Shown: positions 19,592-29,431 of the stretch, one piece after another
Layout: every line of letters begins with the position of its first letter
How positions within the stretch are numbered: position 1 is the stretch's first letter
From: an uncultured Kiloniellales bacterium
GTDB taxonomy: Bacteria > Actinomycetota > Acidimicrobiia > Spongiisociales > UBA5794
DNA: 63,904 nt
Assembly: GCA_964196275.1 (NCBI GenBank)
Contig: CAXMSN010000104.1
Span: 1 to 63,904 of the forward strand
Direction: 5' to 3'
The notes under the pieces: generated by a model
What the model was told of the DNA's origin: nothing
The model's input: only the letters and a program-made list of their open reading frames with translations
Databases searched by the model: none
Program-made: the position numbers and the translations under genes

Positions 19592-21019
19592 CTACAGGGA
19601 CTTGAGGAAGATGAGGAGCCGCTCTCTATCGGCGACATCGAGAGCTACGAACCCGTTTCGAGCGACCGCAGCCTCACCGCCGTGCCACAGCACAGCCTCT
19701 TCGATGGTTCGCGCCCTGCCGTCATGAAGGAATCCCGCATCCGGATTGACGGAGCGGATCATGCCGAGCCCCCACAGCGGCGAGGTCCTCCACTCGCTCG
19801 GTAGCGCTGTGCCGTCCGATCGCCCGTCACTCAGGCCGCCACCCATGTCATGGAGCAGCATGTCCGTATACGGAAGGATCGTCTGCTCCGAGAGCGCGAG
19901 GACACTGTGCTCACCGGTGGTCCACCGGGCGATGTGGCACGCAGAGCAGCCGAGCGTGTCGAAGATCTCCTCTCCTTCAACCACGGACGCATCCGAAACA
20001 CCCTTTCGAGCAGGCACGGCAAGCGTCTGTGAATAGAAGATGACCGCATCGAGGCGATCTCCTGAGATCTCAGGAGATCCCCCACTCCGAGCTTCGGCGC
20101 ATGCGACCTGGATCGTCGGACAGTTCTGGCTGGGTAGGGAGGGAGACGTGATCCCCATATCGAACAAGTACGCAAACGCTGTCTGGTCGGCGATCGAGGC
20201 GACATTCGACTTCAGCCCGAATCGGCCGAGAACCGACTCACCACCGCCAATCGGTACAGCTCGGGAGGCGACTCCTGATATGCCGTTGCCATCGAGATCC
20301 TCCGGATCCGCGTTCTCGAGAATGGCGCTCGCAGAGATGGCTTCAAGGAGGCCAACACCGATCAGTGGCGGTGCCACTCGTACCGAACGTGCGTGCAGCG
20401 AGCCGATCGATCCGAACATCTCGTCTCTGACCGTCACAACGGGTCTCCGCAACGTGTAGGGAGTGCCATCGACGTAGGCACCGGAAACCTCCTCCCACCG
20501 GACCTCCACGATCGCTTCCGAGAGGACCCCGTCGATCGCCTGCGTTTGGACCTGAATGCCGTAGGCATCGGCCGTCACGTCCTTGCCGTTGTCGTCGACG
20601 AATCTGAGGATGGGAAAGCTTTCGCTCGTTGAAGAACTCGGAGCAGATCCCCGGCCGTCCGCCACGTGACATGCTGCACACGAAGCGGACAGATATGTCG
20701 GCCCGAGGCCATCTCTGGTCGGCTCCGGCCCGGGAGCGCTCGTCCACGGTTCCGTGAAGAACTCATCTCCAATCCGAAACACGACCGCCCCGACGTCGTC
20801 GAGGTTCGCCGCAGGTTGGCTGAACGCACCGACGCCGGTGATCCGAACCGTGCCATCGCCCCCGGGTGCCGCCTTCTCAGCGTCCGATGCCCCGAAACTT
20901 GAGCCGCTCCCACATCCGGAGAGAGCAAGCGCCACTGACGCGATCAGGACCGCAGCGTTCCTGAAGGTCCGCAGGCCGTGTCGCATCATCGGCGCCAGCG
21001 TATCCGCCACGGTCTTCAT
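19592..21019 (-). CDS. Di-heme oxidoreductase family c-type cytochrome lipoprotein
   Basis: Lipobox LSGC; two CxxCH (CAACH, CSACH); DGLGP, WRTSPLWGLG, FLHDGRART..EAVLWHGGEA. Confidence 0.88.
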   Translation of the reverse strand: MKTVADTLAPMMRHGLRTFRNAAVLIASVALALSGCGSGSSFGASDAEKAAPGGDGTVRITGVGAFSQPAANLDDVGAVVFRIGDEFFTEPWTSAPGPEPTRDGLGPTYLSASCAACHVADGRGSAPSSSTSESFPILRFVDDNGKDVTADAYGIQVQTQAIDGVLSEAIVEVRWEEVSGAYVDGTPYTLRRPVVTVRDEMFGSIGSLHARSVRVAPPLIGVGLLEAISASAILENADPEDLDGNGISGVASRAVPIGGGESVLGRFGLKSNVASIADQTAFAYLFDMGITSPSLPSQNCPTIQVACAEARSGGSPEISGDRLDAVIFYSQTLAVPARKGVSDASVVEGEEIFDTLGCSACHIARWTTGEHSVLALSEQTILPYTDMLLHDMGGGLSDGRSDGTALPSEWRTSPLWGLGMIRSVNPDAGFLHDGRARTIEEAVLWHGGEAAVARNGFVALDVADRERLLIFLKSL

Positions 21020-21020
21020 G

Positions 21021-22274
21021 TCATCGCGCAGTGGGTTTCGCCCACATCCAGACATCGCACACGTTCGTTCCCGTCGGTCCCGTGACAACAACACAGCCGA
21101 CATCCTCGAGAACGGGGTTGCTGTTGTTCGATGCGAGTTCCGCGACTGCATCCCAGCCCTTGCGGGCGATCTCGTCACCCGTGGCTCCATCCACGATCGC
21201 TCCGGCGGCATCCGTCGGCCCATCGATCCCGTCAGTTCCCAGGGCAGCGAAGACGCCGCCAGATAGTGCAAGAGCCGGTACCGCTGCAAGCGCAGCCTCC
21301 TGGCTTCGCCCGCCGAGTCCTGTCCCTTGCAGCGTGACAGTTGTCTCCCCGGCTGCGACCCAGACGATCCCAGGCTCGGACGCCGTGATCAATTCCACTG
21401 CGCGAGTGCGCGACTCTCCGACCAACTCGAAAGTCGCGATCTGGACATCGAAGCCCTCCGCCCGCAGTTCGTCCGCAGCGGCATCGGCAGCCATGGCAGG
21501 CGAACCAACTGTCTCGACGACCGTCTCATACCGAGCAGGTGACCGCTCGAATCCATCGATGGCAGCACGCACCGAGTCAGGAATGTGATCAGCCAGCCCC
21601 CATCTGCCCATCATCTGTTGCGCTCTTGTGCCGAGGTCCGACGGAATCGTCGGACCTGAAGACACAACGTCGGCACCACCGACAACGACATCGGAGAGCA
21701 CGAGACTGACAACCTGCGTGGCGCCGGCCCACTCCACGACCCCTCCTGCCTTCATCTGGGACATCACTGCGCGGATCTCGTTCATGTCTTCGATCGGCAT
21801 GCCGGACCCGAGCATCAATGCGTTCACGTCGACAAGGTCGTCGAGCGTGACTGCTTCGGCCAGCACATCGGCCGCAGCGCTGCCGCCACCGGAGACCACA
21901 GCGACGATCAGGCCATCGTCGGGTGCACCGGAGACAACTTCCATGATGGCCAGGCCGGCGTCGAGACTCTCCTGAGTTGGGACAGGATGTCCTCCGCGGA
22001 CAAGCCTGACCGCACATGGGGCCTCGTACGGCGAGACCACGAGGCCTGCCGTGCTTCCTGTCTCGGCTGCAACAGCATCGGCCATCGCTGGGGCAGCTTT
22101 CCCGATACCGACGATCGTGATCTGATCCGGGCGGAACGTTCCCACAGCCCGACCACCGACAGATACAACGCCGTCCATGTACGTCAGCGATCTCGCCACC
22201 GCATCGAGCGGGTCCGCGGCCGAAACCGCCGCGGCGAAGGCGGATTCAAGTTGAGCTCTCGTAGGCAATGCCAT
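21021..22274 (-). CDS. Glycerate kinase type 2 (MOFRL family)
   Basis: GIGKAA, VSGGGSA, AGETTV, GRSQE, GTDGIDG, GPTGTNVCD. Confidence 0.9.
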   Translation of the reverse strand: MALPTRAQLESAFAAAVSAADPLDAVARSLTYMDGVVSVGGRAVGTFRPDQITIVGIGKAAPAMADAVAAETGSTAGLVVSPYEAPCAVRLVRGGHPVPTQESLDAGLAIMEVVSGAPDDGLIVAVVSGGGSAAADVLAEAVTLDDLVDVNALMLGSGMPIEDMNEIRAVMSQMKAGGVVEWAGATQVVSLVLSDVVVGGADVVSSGPTIPSDLGTRAQQMMGRWGLADHIPDSVRAAIDGFERSPARYETVVETVGSPAMAADAAADELRAEGFDVQIATFELVGESRTRAVELITASEPGIVWVAAGETTVTLQGTGLGGRSQEAALAAVPALALSGGVFAALGTDGIDGPTDAAGAIVDGATGDEIARKGWDAVAELASNNSNPVLEDVGCVVVTGPTGTNVCDVWMWAKPTAR

Positions 22275-22293
22275 GGTCGCGTAGTCTTGCAGC

Positions 22294-22653
22294 ATGGATC
22301 AGGAACACCACGCGGACTGGCTGATAGCTAGGGCCCTGGAAGATGGAACTCTCGACACCGGGGTCAGTCATGGCAAGCCCTTGCCGTCGATGAACCGTGA
22401 CCCGCTGTGGTGGGTCAGAGGCCTCCTCGACCGCGAATCGATGCCGGAACGGCTTGCGGAAGCGGAGAGCATGGTGGATGGCCTCTTTGACATGGCGGTC
22501 AAGGAACCGGACCTGAGGGCAGCAAGGGACATTCTCGCCAAGCGCAACCAGGCGGTGGTCGCATGGAACGCCGATGCACCCGAGGAACTCCGGCTGGAAC
22601 TCATCGAAGAGACCGACCTTCTCACCAGACGCGCCGAAGCGCCCGGTACGTAG
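22294..22653 (+). CDS. DUF1992 (DnaJ-associated domain) protein
   Basis: LIARALEDGTLD...GKPLP pattern; TAGTCT-N6-ATG. Confidence 0.65.
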   Translation: MDQEHHADWLIARALEDGTLDTGVSHGKPLPSMNRDPLWWVRGLLDRESMPERLAEAESMVDGLFDMAVKEPDLRAARDILAKRNQAVVAWNADAPEELRLELIEETDLLTRRAEAPGT

Positions 22654-22686
22654 CCGGACGCTTCAGGGCGGGTTAGTTGGTGGTGG

Positions 22687-23205
22687 CTAGGCGTCGTCTC
22701 CGTCCTGGTCGGACTGCTGAGCCTCACGCTCTGCCTTCTTCTCTGCGACGAAGTCATCCCACTCTGCCTGGGTGATCTGACCGTCTTCGATCAGTTCAGC
22801 GAACGGGCCGTCATCGTTCTTGAACGGATGGCCATCAGGGAGTTCGGCGATCTCTTCAGCCGAGATCACACCATCATCGAGCAGTTCCTCGGTCTGAGCC
22901 CTCAGGTGCCCCCGGCGATGGCGTCTGCCTTCGCCGTCCGGGCGGTTCGCTTTCAGCTCCTCGTGCTTGGCCTGAAGGGCCTCCTTCACCGCTGTCGCCT
23001 GACTCTGATTGATCGTGCCAGCATCGACGAGTTCGCCGAGCACCTCATCGAGGATGGCGCCCTTCTCTGGCCGCTCCTGGCTCTCCTGGGTCGTGGTGTC
23101 GTCGATGGTCTGAGCCTCGGCAGGCGAGTCCGTCGCTGTAGATGCGACGAACGCACCTGCAACGAGTATCCCGGCCGCAGCGACCGATGCAATAAGTCTC
23201 TTCAT
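22687..23205 (-). CDS. Secreted acidic helical protein of unknown function
   Basis: Signal peptide MKRLIASVAAAGILVAGAFVA..AEA; AAAGGA RBS; repeated L..G.I..(E/Q) segments. Confidence 0.78.
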   Translation of the reverse strand: MKRLIASVAAAGILVAGAFVASTATDSPAEAQTIDDTTTQESQERPEKGAILDEVLGELVDAGTINQSQATAVKEALQAKHEELKANRPDGEGRRHRRGHLRAQTEELLDDGVISAEEIAELPDGHPFKNDDGPFAELIEDGQITQAEWDDFVAEKKAEREAQQSDQDGDDA

Positions 23206-23275
23206 GGTGGATTCCTTTCATCCGACTTTGCCCCTGCAGGTTGACAAGCCGATGTGGTCGCTTTGTCAGGTGAAC

Positions 23276-23292
23276 CTAAGAACTAACTGAAA
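23276..23292 (-). promoter_or_regulatory. Putative MprA-type box upstream of secreted protein gene
   Basis: Minus strand TTTCAG-ttagt-TCTTAG, resembling the TCTCAG-N5-TCTCAG MprA box. Confidence 0.5.
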
Positions 23293-24679
23293 GATCTTGT
23301 ACGTCGCCATCGCTGTCCAGACACGGAATCGTGAACCCAACTTCTGCGCCGGATCCCGTGGGACGGTTCCGTGCGAACACTTCGCCGCCGTGATCCGTCA
23401 CTATCTGCTCCACGATCGACAGGCCGAGACCCGAGCCCGGTTTTGACCTCGCGTCGTCTGACCGATAGAAACGCTCGAACACATGGCCGATATCAGGCCG
23501 AGCGATGCCTGGCCCGCCGTCAGTGACGGTCAAGGTGCCATCGTCGATGGTGACGATGATCTCGCCATCGATCGGTGACCACTTGTCGGCATTTGCGACG
23601 ATGTTGCCGATGGCACGTTCAAGGGCCGCACGCTTTCCCGAAACCGTTGACGAGTCCGCATCAAGGACGACCGATCGCCCATTTCTCCGGTCGAGCCTCT
23701 CAGCGATCGCCTCAACGACGGCACGCAGTTCGACAGCCGCCAGAGGCTCCTCCTCGTACCGATCCGTAGCCAGGTCCACGACTTCCGAGACAAGCTCCGT
23801 CAGTTCCTCGACCTCGGCATGTGCGGCCTGAAGCATCCTCTTTCGTTCGTCGGGCTCTACCTCATGGCGCTGCAGGATCTCGATGTTGGTACGGAGCGCG
23901 GTCAGGGGCGTTCGGAGTTCGTGTCCCGCATCGCGGACCAGGCGTGTCTGCTCCTCTCGTGCCGCCTCGACTTCGGCGAGGAGCGCGTTGAACGCGATCG
24001 CGAGTTCAGCGATCTCATCGCTCCCTCTCACATCGAGCCTGCCTCCGATATCTCGCGTCTGTGTGATCTCAGACACGGACCGCTCGAGATCTCCGATGGG
24101 ACGGACAGCGTGGCGAGCGACGACAAGGCCAAGGCCTCCCGCGAGCAGGATGCCAAGGGCGCTCCCGACGGCAAGAAGAAGCGCGAATCCAGCAAGCGAT
24201 TCATCCGCCTCGGTGAGCGGTCGTCCGATCTGGAAGATGTTTTCGGTGCCCGGAACGACCAGTGTCGCGATGCGCAGGTGCGTTCCGTCGACCCATTCGG
24301 AACGGAGAGTCGCCTCATCTGGATCCAAGTCGTCCGCGCTCGGTGGAGGGAGCTCAAGCTCGTCGGAGCCGATGTTGAGCGTGCCCTCCGGGGTGATGAT
24401 CTGGAAGAAGGCTGTGTCGAATTCGGGCCGGCCCGGGCGAGCGAACACGGTCACGAGTTCGCGGAAAGGATTGCGGCCGCGATCCCCCGTTCCAAACAGT
24501 GGCCCTTCCTCTACGACGACCGAGCCGATCTCGACGATCGAGGCGCGCTCAAGGAGGCTCTCATCGATCTGACCCATGATCTGGCTTCTTGCGCCGAGGA
24601 ACGCTCCGATGGAGACCACAAAGACCGTCACGGCAACAGCAGCAGCGGATACCAACGCAATGCGCCGTTGAATGCTCAT
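23276..24679 (-). CDS. mprB: HAMP-domain sensor histidine kinase (MprB-like)
   Basis: Two TM, DAGHELRTP, NADKW, DGGPGI, FERFYR, GSGLGL. Confidence 0.85.
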   Translation of the reverse strand: MSIQRRIALVSAAAVAVTVFVVSIGAFLGARSQIMGQIDESLLERASIVEIGSVVVEEGPLFGTGDRGRNPFRELVTVFARPGRPEFDTAFFQIITPEGTLNIGSDELELPPPSADDLDPDEATLRSEWVDGTHLRIATLVVPGTENIFQIGRPLTEADESLAGFALLLAVGSALGILLAGGLGLVVARHAVRPIGDLERSVSEITQTRDIGGRLDVRGSDEIAELAIAFNALLAEVEAAREEQTRLVRDAGHELRTPLTALRTNIEILQRHEVEPDERKRMLQAAHAEVEELTELVSEVVDLATDRYEEEPLAAVELRAVVEAIAERLDRRNGRSVVLDADSSTVSGKRAALERAIGNIVANADKWSPIDGEIIVTIDDGTLTVTDGGPGIARPDIGHVFERFYRSDDARSKPGSGLGLSIVEQIVTDHGGEVFARNRPTGSGAEVGFTIPCLDSDGDVQDLSVSS

Positions 24680-25365
24680 CCGTCTGAGCGGAGTACGTAC
24701 CCGACGCCTCGAACAGTGTGGATGAGACGAGGTGCATCACCGGCTTCGAGCTTGCGGCGGAGATAGCCGACGTACACATCGAGCGAGTTGGACGATGTCA
24801 GGAAGTCGATGCCCCAGATCTCCTCGTAAATCGTGTCCCTGTCCAGCACGATGCCCGGTGTGCGGGCGAGCAGGACGAGAAGGTCGAACTCTGTCTTCGT
24901 GAGAACGATCGAGTCGTCTCCCCTCATGACCGTCCTGGCCCCAGGATCGATGACGAGGTCCTCATATCGCATCACCTGCGAGACGTCGCCCATCGACCGA
25001 CGGAGGAGCGCCCGGATCCGGGCAAGGAGTTCGTCGAGCGCAAACGGCTTCGTCAGGTAGTCATCAGCACCCGCATCAAGCCCCTCCACACGATCGTCTA
25101 CGGCGGTCTTCGCTGTGAGCATCAGTATCGGGATCGTGTCCCCTGATGCCCTGATCCGTTTGCAGGTCTCGATGCCGTCAACGTGGGGCATCATCACATC
25201 AAGCAGGACGAGGTCGTACGAGGTGCTCCTGACCATCGACAAGGCGATGCCCCCGTCGCGAGCGGCGTCAACCTCATAACCCTCGAAGCCGAGGGCGCGC
25301 TCCAGCGCCTCACGAACGGCAGGGTCGTCCTCGACGACGAGAATCTTCATGTCGGAATTCTCCAT
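24676..25365 (-). CDS. mprA: OmpR-family response regulator (MprA-like)
   Basis: ILVVEDD, LDVMMP, KPF, TSSNSLDVYVGYLRRKLE, IHTVRGVGY. Confidence 0.88.
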   Translation of the reverse strand: MENSDMKILVVEDDPAVREALERALGFEGYEVDAARDGGIALSMVRSTSYDLVLLDVMMPHVDGIETCKRIRASGDTIPILMLTAKTAVDDRVEGLDAGADDYLTKPFALDELLARIRALLRRSMGDVSQVMRYEDLVIDPGARTVMRGDDSIVLTKTEFDLLVLLARTPGIVLDRDTIYEEIWGIDFLTSSNSLDVYVGYLRRKLEAGDAPRLIHTVRGVGYVLRSDG

Positions 25366-25387
25366 TGCGCCAGCCTACGACGCAGTG

Positions 25388-25426
25388 GTGAGCGGAGCGT
25401 GAAACGAGCCTAAGAACGCGGTGAGA
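25388..25426 (-). promoter_or_regulatory. Four 11-bp-spaced hexamers (MprA-type boxes) upstream of response regulator
   Basis: Minus strand TCTCAC-N5-TCTTAG-N5-TTTCAC-N5-GCTCAC, followed by TAGGCT-N6-ATG. Confidence 0.55.
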
Positions 25427-25476
25427 GCCGTTCTCGTCAAGCACCTGCCGGGCAGGGTCGGGGTTACCATCGCCCG

Positions 25477-26355
25477 ATGACATGGACCATCGGCGGGCGG
25501 ACCGTCCTGATCACTGGCGGAAACAGCGGCATCGGCCTTGCAGCGGCAACGGCGCTCGCCCGCGACGGCGCACGCGTCGTCATCACAACTCGCGACCCGG
25601 CGAAGGGTGAAGCTGCAAGGGCCGTCGTGATGGATGAGACCGGAATCTCCGTGGAGGTCGGCATCCTCGACCTCGCGGACCTCGATTCCGTACGCCGTTT
25701 CGCAGAAGACTTCCTCGCCGCTCACGACGAACTCGCCGCTCTGATCAACAACGCAGGGGCAGTGATCGGATCGAGGAAGACGACGAAGGACGGGTTCGAA
25801 TTGACGTTCGGAACCAACCATCTCGGGCCGTTCCTCCTCACGAACCTCCTCACCGACCTTCTGATCGCGTCAGCCCCCGCTCGCATCATCAATGTCGGAT
25901 CGTCCGGCCATGGATATGCAACCGAGGGGATCGTGTTCGACGACCTCATGTGGAACGACCGCAGGTACAGACAGCGCGACGTCTACGGACACTCGAAGCT
26001 TGCGAACATCCTTCACGCCCGCGAAGCGAACCGCCGTCTGTCTGGCTCGGGTGTCACCGCCTACTCGATCCACCCCGGACTCGTCGGGACCGCATTCGGA
26101 ACCGGAGGGGACTCGTTCGTGATCGGCCTCGGCATCCGAATCGTGGGCCGCTGGCTACGATCGCCCGAACAGGGAGCGGATTCGGTCGTGTGGGCAGCAA
26201 CAGATCCTGACATCTCCGAGGAGGCCGGAAGCTACTTCGCGGACCGCGAGGTAGCTCGATCCACGCGCCACGCTCGAGACGACGAGCAGGCTGGGCGACT
26301 CTGGGAGGTCAGTGAACAGATCCTGACAGAGGCACAGGGAGACATCCTCTCGTGA
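25477..26355 (+). CDS. SDR family oxidoreductase (retinol dehydrogenase-like)
   Basis: TGGNSGIG, NNAG, YGHSK, HPGLV. Confidence 0.9.
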   Translation: MTWTIGGRTVLITGGNSGIGLAAATALARDGARVVITTRDPAKGEAARAVVMDETGISVEVGILDLADLDSVRRFAEDFLAAHDELAALINNAGAVIGSRKTTKDGFELTFGTNHLGPFLLTNLLTDLLIASAPARIINVGSSGHGYATEGIVFDDLMWNDRRYRQRDVYGHSKLANILHAREANRRLSGSGVTAYSIHPGLVGTAFGTGGDSFVIGLGIRIVGRWLRSPEQGADSVVWAATDPDISEEAGSYFADREVARSTRHARDDEQAGRLWEVSEQILTEAQGDILS

Positions 26356-27497
26356 CAGACGACATGCCCGAGAGCAAGATGGTGCCGATCGACGCCGATG
26401 ACGCTGGCATCCCTGAGCGTCCGAAACGGCCGTGGTGGAAGCAGGCCATCTCGATCGCGATCACATTGGTCGTGCTCGTCGCGGTGTTCGGCTTCGTCAT
26501 CCCACAGCTCGCTGACTATGACAAGGTCCTCGAGTACATAGGTGAGATCACGACACAGGAATGGGTTGTGCTCGTCGCGCTCGCCGGATGGTTCCTGATG
26601 GCCTACCCGATTGTGCTCGCGCAGATCCTGCGGAGCGCACGACTGCGTGAGACGTTCGTGAACCACATGACCGGAACGGCCATCACGAACTCCGTCCCAT
26701 CCGGAGGCGCCCTGGCGCTTCCTCTCAACTATGCGATGTATCTGTCGTGGGGGTTCACGCCGGAATCGATCTCAGCGACGCTGCTCGGAGCAGGCGTTTG
26801 GGATTGGCTCGCTCGGATCTCCCTCCCCGTGATCGCCGTGATCGGCGTCGCAATCGTTGGCGAGGCGATCTGGTGGATGTGGGTTGTAACCGTCGTCGGA
26901 GTCGCCATCGTGGCAGTCATGGTCTTCACGCTCATCAAAGTCGTTGGCTCCGAATCCGCAGCGGAGAAACTCGCATCGTTCGTCGACAGAACGGCTTCGA
27001 AGGTTCTCGGAAGGCTCAACAAGGAGAACCCCGGCGTCCACGACATGGTGATGCAGTTCAGGCTCGACCTGAAAGGGATCGTTTCGGACAGAGCATGGCG
27101 ACTGACCTGGTCAACCATCAGCAACCACGCCGCGATGGCTGCGTTGTTCACCGCATCGGTCTATGCGGTCGGGATCAGCACCGACCAGATCGCCGTCCCG
27201 TGGGTCGTGCTTGCGTTCACACTTGGACGTTTCCTCGTCATGATCCCCGTTAGCCCCGGCGGCCTCGGACTCGTTGACCTTGGTTGGATCGGCATCCTTA
27301 CGCTCGGCTGGCAGATGACCTCGGGGGAACCTGTCGACACCGACCGCATCGCCGCAGGTGTTCTCTTGTTCCGTGGACTCAGCCTTCTCCCACCGATCCC
27401 GATCGGCATGGCCTCGTGGCTGTTCTGGCGTGCTAACAAGAGCTGGCGTCAGGACTGGAGATCGAACCGGAGAGGCGAGACCATCGTCACCGAGTGA
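26352..27497 (+). CDS. Lysylphosphatidylglycerol synthase TM-domain (UPF0104) membrane protein
   Basis: Multi-pass; IPVSPGGLG, VLLFRG. Confidence 0.78.
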   Translation: MTDDMPESKMVPIDADDAGIPERPKRPWWKQAISIAITLVVLVAVFGFVIPQLADYDKVLEYIGEITTQEWVVLVALAGWFLMAYPIVLAQILRSARLRETFVNHMTGTAITNSVPSGGALALPLNYAMYLSWGFTPESISATLLGAGVWDWLARISLPVIAVIGVAIVGEAIWWMWVVTVVGVAIVAVMVFTLIKVVGSESAAEKLASFVDRTASKVLGRLNKENPGVHDMVMQFRLDLKGIVSDRAWRLTWSTISNHAAMAALFTASVYAVGISTDQIAVPWVVLAFTLGRFLVMIPVSPGGLGLVDLGWIGILTLGWQMTSGEPVDTDRIAAGVLLFRGLSLLPPIPIGMASWLFWRANKSWRQDWRSNRRGETIVTE

Positions 27498-27504
27498 CTG
27501 TCGC

Positions 27505-28017
27505 TCAGACGAACGGCCACATCGCATCGAGGCGGGTATCAAGGAAGGCGTTAATCGCAAGGGTCAATCCCAGCCACAGAACCCAGCCGGCTGCCATCGT
27601 GATCAACGCCTTGGGAGTCGGGATTTCAAGACCTTCCCTGACGGCGATCACCGATGCCAGCAGCATCCACACCGCTGCGGGCAAACCAAGGTACGGCACA
27701 ACTCCGAAGGCGAGAGGTGCGAACGCGAAGCCGATAACCCGCAGCATCTCTGGAAAGTCTGAGTCGCCACCGAACACTCTTGTACCGATGACGAAAGACA
27801 CACCACTCCAGACGAGCCACCCGATGACGCCTGCGATGATGCCAACCGGGATGGATGCGACCACGGGAACGTTCTCAGCAATGGCAGAGCCAACTCCCGC
27901 CATGCCGGATGCGACGACCACGACCACCGCCGCCTGCAGGTTCAGAGAACTATCGGTCGCGGCTTCTCTGAAGAAGTCGACATCAAGAAGTATCACGCGC
28001 ATCACGTTCCGGATCAT
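27505..28017 (-). CDS. Yip1-family membrane protein
   Basis: IGTRVFGGDSDF..MLRVIGFAFAP, VIAVREGL; TATCCT-N6-ATG. Confidence 0.72.
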   Translation of the reverse strand: MIRNVMRVILLDVDFFREAATDSSLNLQAAVVVVVASGMAGVGSAIAENVPVVASIPVGIIAGVIGWLVWSGVSFVIGTRVFGGDSDFPEMLRVIGFAFAPLAFGVVPYLGLPAAVWMLLASVIAVREGLEIPTPKALITMAAGWVLWLGLTLAINAFLDTRLDAMWPFV

Positions 28018-28288
28018 GAGGCGAGGATATGCGGATACCGGAGATTCGGCGTACTCCGCTGACGCATCACGTATTCGCCCTGTCGGCGGGCTCGCCCTGT
28101 GCTGCCCCTCGATGCCGCATTGCAACGCTTCGGCGAGTTCCAGCGATGACGTTGTCCAGCCGAGGGGCTAGTCGGTGTCAATCGGTTCAATCGATTCGCC
28201 GGCGGGAGCCCGTTGGTGGTCAATTCCCTCTGATGGCCGCTCAGCGCCACGGCGAGTAGGTCCGACTCAGGGCATCTACGCCGTAGTC

Positions 28289-28789
28289 GTGATCTCTATC
28301 CGCCACTATCAACCTGCCGACTACGACGCGTGTCGTCATCGGCTGTGGGTCCAACTTACGCAGCACCATCGAGTCATCTATGACGCCCCGTACATCGGTG
28401 GTGACGATCCAGGTGCCGACTTCGACGATCACTTGGCCTTGGTCGGGCCACAGCGTCTTTGGGTGGCTGTGAGGGAGGGTCAGATCGTCGGACTCACCGG
28501 ACTCATCGTGACCGATGAGTCGGCGGAGGTCGAGCCGATCATCGTTGATCCCGATTTCCGTCGCCGATGCGTTGCGAGCGCCCTCATCGACCACAACAAA
28601 GAGGTTGCGGATACCGAAGGGTTACCTGAACTGAAGGTACGGCCGGTCGCTCGGAACGCGATGATTCTCGACTTCCTCTCCAAACGAGGCTTCAACACCC
28701 TCGGACACGTGGAACTCATCGTCCGCCCGGACGACTCACGTAAATGGGTGGAGGGCGCCGAGGTGTCAGGCGTACGTTTCAGAGTTTGA
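28289..28789 (+). CDS. GNAT family acetyltransferase
   Basis: IRHYQPAD, IIVDPDFRRRCVASALI, FLSKRGF; start uncertain. Confidence 0.78.
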   Translation: MISIRHYQPADYDACRHRLWVQLTQHHRVIYDAPYIGGDDPGADFDDHLALVGPQRLWVAVREGQIVGLTGLIVTDESAEVEPIIVDPDFRRRCVASALIDHNKEVADTEGLPELKVRPVARNAMILDFLSKRGFNTLGHVELIVRPDDSRKWVEGAEVSGVRFRV

Positions 28790-28841
28790 CCAAGACAATG
28801 AGCAGGTGATCCGAGCCCGGCGAACTTGGGCCGGTCTCGCC

Positions 28842-29282
28842 TCATCGGACTTCAACCACGACTGCGGCGTAGCCATCACTTGGAGCGGTTAGGCCGTCCA
28901 GCTGGAAGCAGTCCATCCCCCACGTTCCCGATTCGTCAAGGACGACCATCAGTTCTCGATCCACGCTCCCTGGACGCAGGATGCCGCGCATGTTCTCTCC
29001 CTCACCACCGACCGTGAGCATCCCTTGTGACTGGATATCGTCGAAGGTGGTGCCATCAGGCACCTTCCACACGCTGAATCCGAAGCTCTGTTCGCTCCCG
29101 TTGATGACCTTGATGGTCAACTCTGTGCCGGTGTCGAATGTCGATGCTCCCGCGTAGCCACACGCATCTCCACCAAACGTCACTGTCGCGGTTGCTTCGG
29201 CTGGCTCAGCACTGCCGCAGGCGGTGAGCAGTAGCAGACCGGCCATGGCGGCGCCGATAGTGGTGGCGATTCGACGTCTCAT
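28842..29282 (-). CDS. Hypothetical lipoprotein
   Basis: Signal peptide with lipobox LTAC; small beta-rich domain. Confidence 0.72.
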   Translation of the reverse strand: MRRRIATTIGAAMAGLLLLTACGSAEPAEATATVTFGGDACGYAGASTFDTGTELTIKVINGSEQSFGFSVWKVPDGTTFDDIQSQGMLTVGGEGENMRGILRPGSVDRELMVVLDESGTWGMDCFQLDGLTAPSDGYAAVVVEVR

Positions 29283-29431
29283 TCAGCCCCATGTGTAACT
29301 CGGACGCATACTGTATGAAGGGTGGATCAACGCCAGTCGTACCACAAACAATATTGCCCATCTGCTCCCAGCTGCCATCAGCCAAGGCTGAGATCGCTCA
29401 TATTCGTGTGATCTGCAAGTGGGATAGAGAA

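Noticed and set aside
23263-23280. IdeR/DtxR box (TTAGGTTCACCTGA)
   Set aside because: Does not fit the 19-bp TTAGGTTAGGCTAACCTAA palindrome spacing; better explained as part of the MprA-type box region
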